From Hyphochytrium catenoides (lineage: Eukaryota > Protista > Hyphochytriomycota): a stretch of 64,000 nucleotides of DNA. The position numbers and the translations under genes were made by a program. Under the pieces are notes generated by a model, which did no database searches, was not told where the DNA came from, and saw only the letters and a list, made by a program, of their open reading frames with translations. The DNA lies in contig FLMG01002721.1 of the NCBI GenBank assembly GCA_900088475.1, positions 1 to 64,000 of the forward strand, written 5' to 3'. Positions 60,019-64,000 of this stretch are shown piece by piece. Numbering within the stretch: position 1 is the first letter of the stretch; each line of letters starts with the position of its first letter.

Positions 60019-63000
60019 ATGGGGCCAGCTACAGGACAGAATGCCGCAGCCCTACAGCGAGACATTGTTCGCAGCTTTCGCATGGAAGGGCTAATCCCTC
60101 AAGCTGCCTCGGTTAAAGCCTTGATATCCGTACTGTCAAGGTAAGCTGCGAGGATTCTGTGGTAGAGGAAGAGCGCTCCTAATCCGCGTACCTGTGCCTA
60201 ATATTGTCAGGGAGCAAGACAGTGATGCCGCATTGGAAGTGATAGTCCGTGCCATAAAGGAGAGAATTGAGCGCAGAGAAGGTACGCAGGAAGAGATTCT
60301 CATCGGTCTTAAAGCTTAGCACTTATGAGGGCAATTCGCTGTCTAACCGGCAGTGTTCTTTAGTGTCGTCCGCGCTAGTCACCGTGGAGCTGATAGAAAA
60401 GATTGTCGCGGACCTCACACAGACAGATGAAGATGTTGGAGCCCAGGCATTGCAGGTTGGAACGCGCACAGCAATCCCGAGATAAAACAGCCTCTCTCTC
60501 TTGAGTCGTACGCCTACCCTGCACATTCACTCACCTATCAGTCCCGCAGTCTATCGCGTGACCTTAATTGTGGGTCTGACCTGGCCCATTCCTTCTAGGT
60601 GTTTGACTCCTTCAAGATTCCTGCGCTCCGGTTTGACAGCGTTATAAGAAAATATCTATTGGAGGAAGGCCCCCGACGGCTGTTCGGAGATCCTGCGACT
60701 AAGACAGCCATGTTTCGAGAAAGGTACTCATTGGCTCTGAATTCCTTAGGTCTATAGGCATTACTTGCTTACTCCATTGCAGATCTGTCCCTAACTGCTC
60801 TTTCGCTACCAGTTGTTCCACTAGTTCAACTGATAGATGAACTTCTCTCTTGGCTCACTTTTAGGTTCAAACTCATGCAGCAGAGAGTCAAGCGATGTTC
60901 AATCTTCTCGCCGCCTGTGATACGATCGGCCGAGGCTTCCTATATTGAGGTCTGTGTAGATGCTCTATCGTGTGACCTGTGTATGACCATAATCGTTGAC
61001 TTTTGCAAGTGTAGCTCAAGGCCGTTGAGTCTCTCTTTGGCCATAAGGGGCAGGTGCGCGTGCTTGGAATGCTAGTGAGAGGCCAAAATGGCACCTTCGT
61101 GCTGGAAGATCTTACCGCAACGGTGGCGCTAAACTTTTCTGAGGCCGTAAGATTGCTCCTCATACTGGTTTCGTCCTAGTGATAGTGGCTAAGGCTCTGC
61201 ACTGCTCTGTCACCGTCTTCGCGCCCGTCCAGCAACCCACAAGTGGCCTAATCACAGAGAACTGCATAGTCCTAGTGGAAGGAGTGATGCAGGGCGAGGT
61301 GCTGCATATCCATGTATGGTAACTCTCGTCTGCAGAGATTCTTCGCGTCCTCATTTCTTCATCGCTCCTTGTGAACTGTTCTGCGGGTTTCCTGCAGTCA
61401 ATAGGCTTTCCTCCTCCTGAGCCACGGGCACAGACTGTGGCTTTGCTGGGCCAGCAGGATGCCCTCGGCCTCAAAATAAGTGCACAAAGACTGCGGGAGA
61501 TGAAGGAAATGGAGGAGCGAGCAGAAGATAGCATGTTTGTCATTCTGTCGGACGTGCACCTAGACCAGCCAAAAGTAAGGGCTTTGTTTCTCCGGCTCCC
61601 GGGCTCTGTTAGGGGAAGCTCTAGCTTTTTCCTTCAGCGTCTCTCCACTGCCATGTTTTTCATGGGATGCACCGCGAACTTCTGCAACCTGCCAAACCTA
61701 CCTCGCTATCACTACTTACCGTGCGCATGCCTGTGAACTGCAGGTCATAGAGAAGCTACATATGCTCTTTGAAGGATTCAGTGCGGTAGTACCAACTCTA
61801 TTTGTCTTGATGGGAAACTTCACGTCAGAGCCTATTGGCCACGGTAAGACCACAAGCCGGCTGCATAAGCTGCTTGCTAGCCAAACGCTGCTGTCTGGTT
61901 TTGTTCTAGGTTGAAGCTCCAGGTGCTTGAAGAAGTATAATCGCTCTTGTTTCTTATGTTGATCGTCCATTTCTTGGTAGCCAAGAGCTTGGTTCCGCAG
62001 GTCTGTGCTCTCGTCTGTCTACCTGTGCTTCCTTCACACGTCCAGGAGCACTGGACCTTCCACCTATTGCATTTATCCTTCTCAACTGAGCCTTGCTCTT
62101 AATCTTCGCTCTCGTCACAGGCGCTCTCAGTATGAGTGACTATCACGGCTGCTTCCAGCGACTCTTGACTGTCATTCAGAGCTATCCTGCTTTGGTTGAA
62201 GGATCCGCCTTCCTTTTCATCCCTGGACCCCAAGATCCTGGCTATGGCAATATTCTCCCTCGGCCGGGGGTGAGCATCCTCCTTCTTCGCTCCCTCTTCC
62301 TTCTTCCCACTGGTCTCCACCTGCAATCCTCCTTCCTTCCCCCCATTCGCCCGTCCCATAATGGATGGCGGCGTCTTGCTGCTCTGCTGCCATGTCAAAA
62401 AGTCTCCTCCCTCGTGAAGCTAACTTGGCGTTTGTAGCTTGCCTCCTTTTTCACTGAAGGTTTGAGGACGAAGCTTCCCCACTGCCATTTCCCCTCAAAT
62501 CCAGCAAGGTGACTCTATATATATCTTCGGTTCCCCTCTGATTCTAGTGCCCTTCAGGTCCATTTTGCGTTGATACATACAAGCTGTATGCTCTAGTTCT
62601 TTTGAGAGTCTACCATCTGTACAGCTGCCGAGAGTGTCATTGTTCTTGAGCCTTGCGGTACGGTCAATGCTTCGCTCTGCTTATGAGGCTTCTTACGTTG
62701 GCTGGCAGGGTTCGGTTTTATACCAAGGAGTTTGTCTTCTTCCGTGCCGACATTCTGAACAAGATGCGACGACACTGCGTCCTTCCTCCTCAGGATTGTG
62801 AGGAACAACACTTGGAAGGAGAGGAGGAGAATATGGAGGAGGAGGGACAGCAGGATGGAGACAAGGAGAAGAGAAAGAGGAAGAAAATTCAACCGTCGGA
62901 ACATGTACAAACGATATAGCCTACTAACATGCCGTCTTTCTTTCCTTCAATCTCCTTTGGGACTCATGTAGGGGGAAGACGAGAGGGAGAGAGGACACAC

Positions 63001-63659
63001 CTTCTCTCACACCTCTCTCTGTTCTTGGGTCTCTGCTCCTCTCTTCCCTAGCCCTTAGCGCTTATTTGTCGTTCTGACGCGCGTCTTTCTTGACTGCCTA
63101 TTGACCACAGCTGGTAAAGACTATTGTTGAGCAAGCTCATCTGTGTCCATTACCTTTATCGGCTCGCCCCATCCACTGGCAGTATGACAACGCGTTGAGG
63201 CTGACCCCTTTGCCCCATGTGGTAAGTCATTGTATTGAGGGCAGGGCTGCTTTATATAGGATTGCGGTGTCCTTGGACCCTCACCTTTCTCTGGCGGGGA
63301 GTCAGCTTACCCAGATGATGATAATTCACGTCTCGCTCTCTCTTTAGCTCGTCCTAGCTGACCACACGGATCAATATCAGTGGGGGTATGCGGATTCATT
63401 AGCTCTAAATCCAGGTAAACAGCCTCAGAACAAGCCTCTCGAGACATGTGATGCCTGCCCTTTAGCTCCAAGATAAAGATGTCGCCTCAGTGGTCTTATA
63501 TTCCTGTCTTACATTAACACTCACTCTCTCTCTCTCCCCTCTCTCTCTCTCTCTTCCTGCAACCTGTGAAACTTTTTAGGTCCTTTTAACGTGGATTACT
63601 CCTTTGTGGTACATCGAGTCACGGCAGGAGAGACAGAGTTTAGCAGGATCGATGATTGA
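60019..63659 (+). CDS. POLE2: DNA polymerase epsilon subunit 2 (Dpb2), about 16 exons
   Basis: KTAMFRER|[13 protein letters not shown]...[45 protein letters not shown]|[35 protein letters not shown]|[29 protein letters not shown]...[13 protein letters not shown]|GPF; TGA 63657-63659. Confidence 0.95.
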
Positions 63660-64000
63660 TAGCCTTGCGTCCACAAACCCCATATCCCGGGCACCCGGTG
63701 CCTTACTCCGCTTAACCTTGTACACTAATTCAGCTGACCTGAAGCTAAGGACATGTACTATAATCATCTCAGCGTCCACCAGTAACTATTCTAGAGAGAT
63801 AGTCCGCCATTATTGACGTGAGGGCTGGGATCGTAAGCAGCGGACTGATCCAATGCCAACGTATCGGCCGTCTACATGTCTTCTTTTTCCTCTGTTTTTC
63901 CTCTCTCATCCTGCATAATCGATGTTTGTCGTTCTCCTGTCGTCTTTCGTCCAACTCCTCTGTCTTGGACATCTCCGTGGTGCCGGTCTTCAAGGTAGTC

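Noticed and set aside
63769-64000. Minus-strand ORF at the right edge
   Set aside because: May be the 3' end of the next gene, but frame and identity cannot be determined from this window.
1-64000. tRNA, rRNA, snoRNA, transposase/RT, CRISPR arrays, U12 introns, alternative genetic code
   Set aside because: No convincing T-loop/cloverleaf, rRNA, paired C/D boxes, TE protein motifs or RTATCCTT donors were seen by eye. All conserved genes translate with the standard code once spliced. A covariance-model scan would be needed to exclude small RNAs.

Overview
Gene-dense, intron-rich eukaryotic nuclear DNA with many GA/CT microsatellites and three N-gaps. It is most likely from a stramenopile, inferred from a 'LRSGRWT..EE.YA..LI..F..G.LP...G..LR.FL...L.CDPMRISKKF' domain typical of diatoms, brown algae and oomycetes. 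Most short ORFs in the supplied track are exon fragments or artefacts. Manual splicing gives about 16 recognisable genes in order: V-ATPase subunit E (-), GET3 (+), a phytol/dolichol-kinase-family membrane protein (-), ECO1/ESCO (+), condensin II subunit NCAPG2 (-), VMP1 (+), NDUFA12 (+), R3HCC1-like RRM protein (-), a SHAQKYF-class Myb factor with a second Myb-like domain (-), DDX27/DRS1 (+), a CAMKK-family kinase (-), PSTAIRE CDK (-), a CHIC/ERF4-like protein (+), exportin-7 (-), a tRNA-splicing-endonuclease/polynucleotide-kinase fusion (+), a CCDC81-HU plus double calcyphosin EF-hand protein (-) and POLE2 (+). Fourteen of these sit in seven head-to-head pairs. The best candidate for an undescribed system is 53479-55292: a compact Sen2/EndA-type tRNA intron endonuclease with an intact Tyr-His-Lys triad, joined inside one stop-free exon to a T4-PNK/PNKP-like P-loop kinase (a possible 'cut-and-heal' single polypeptide). 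All exon models are hand-derived from GT/GC-AG signals and recalled protein motifs; no database search was run.
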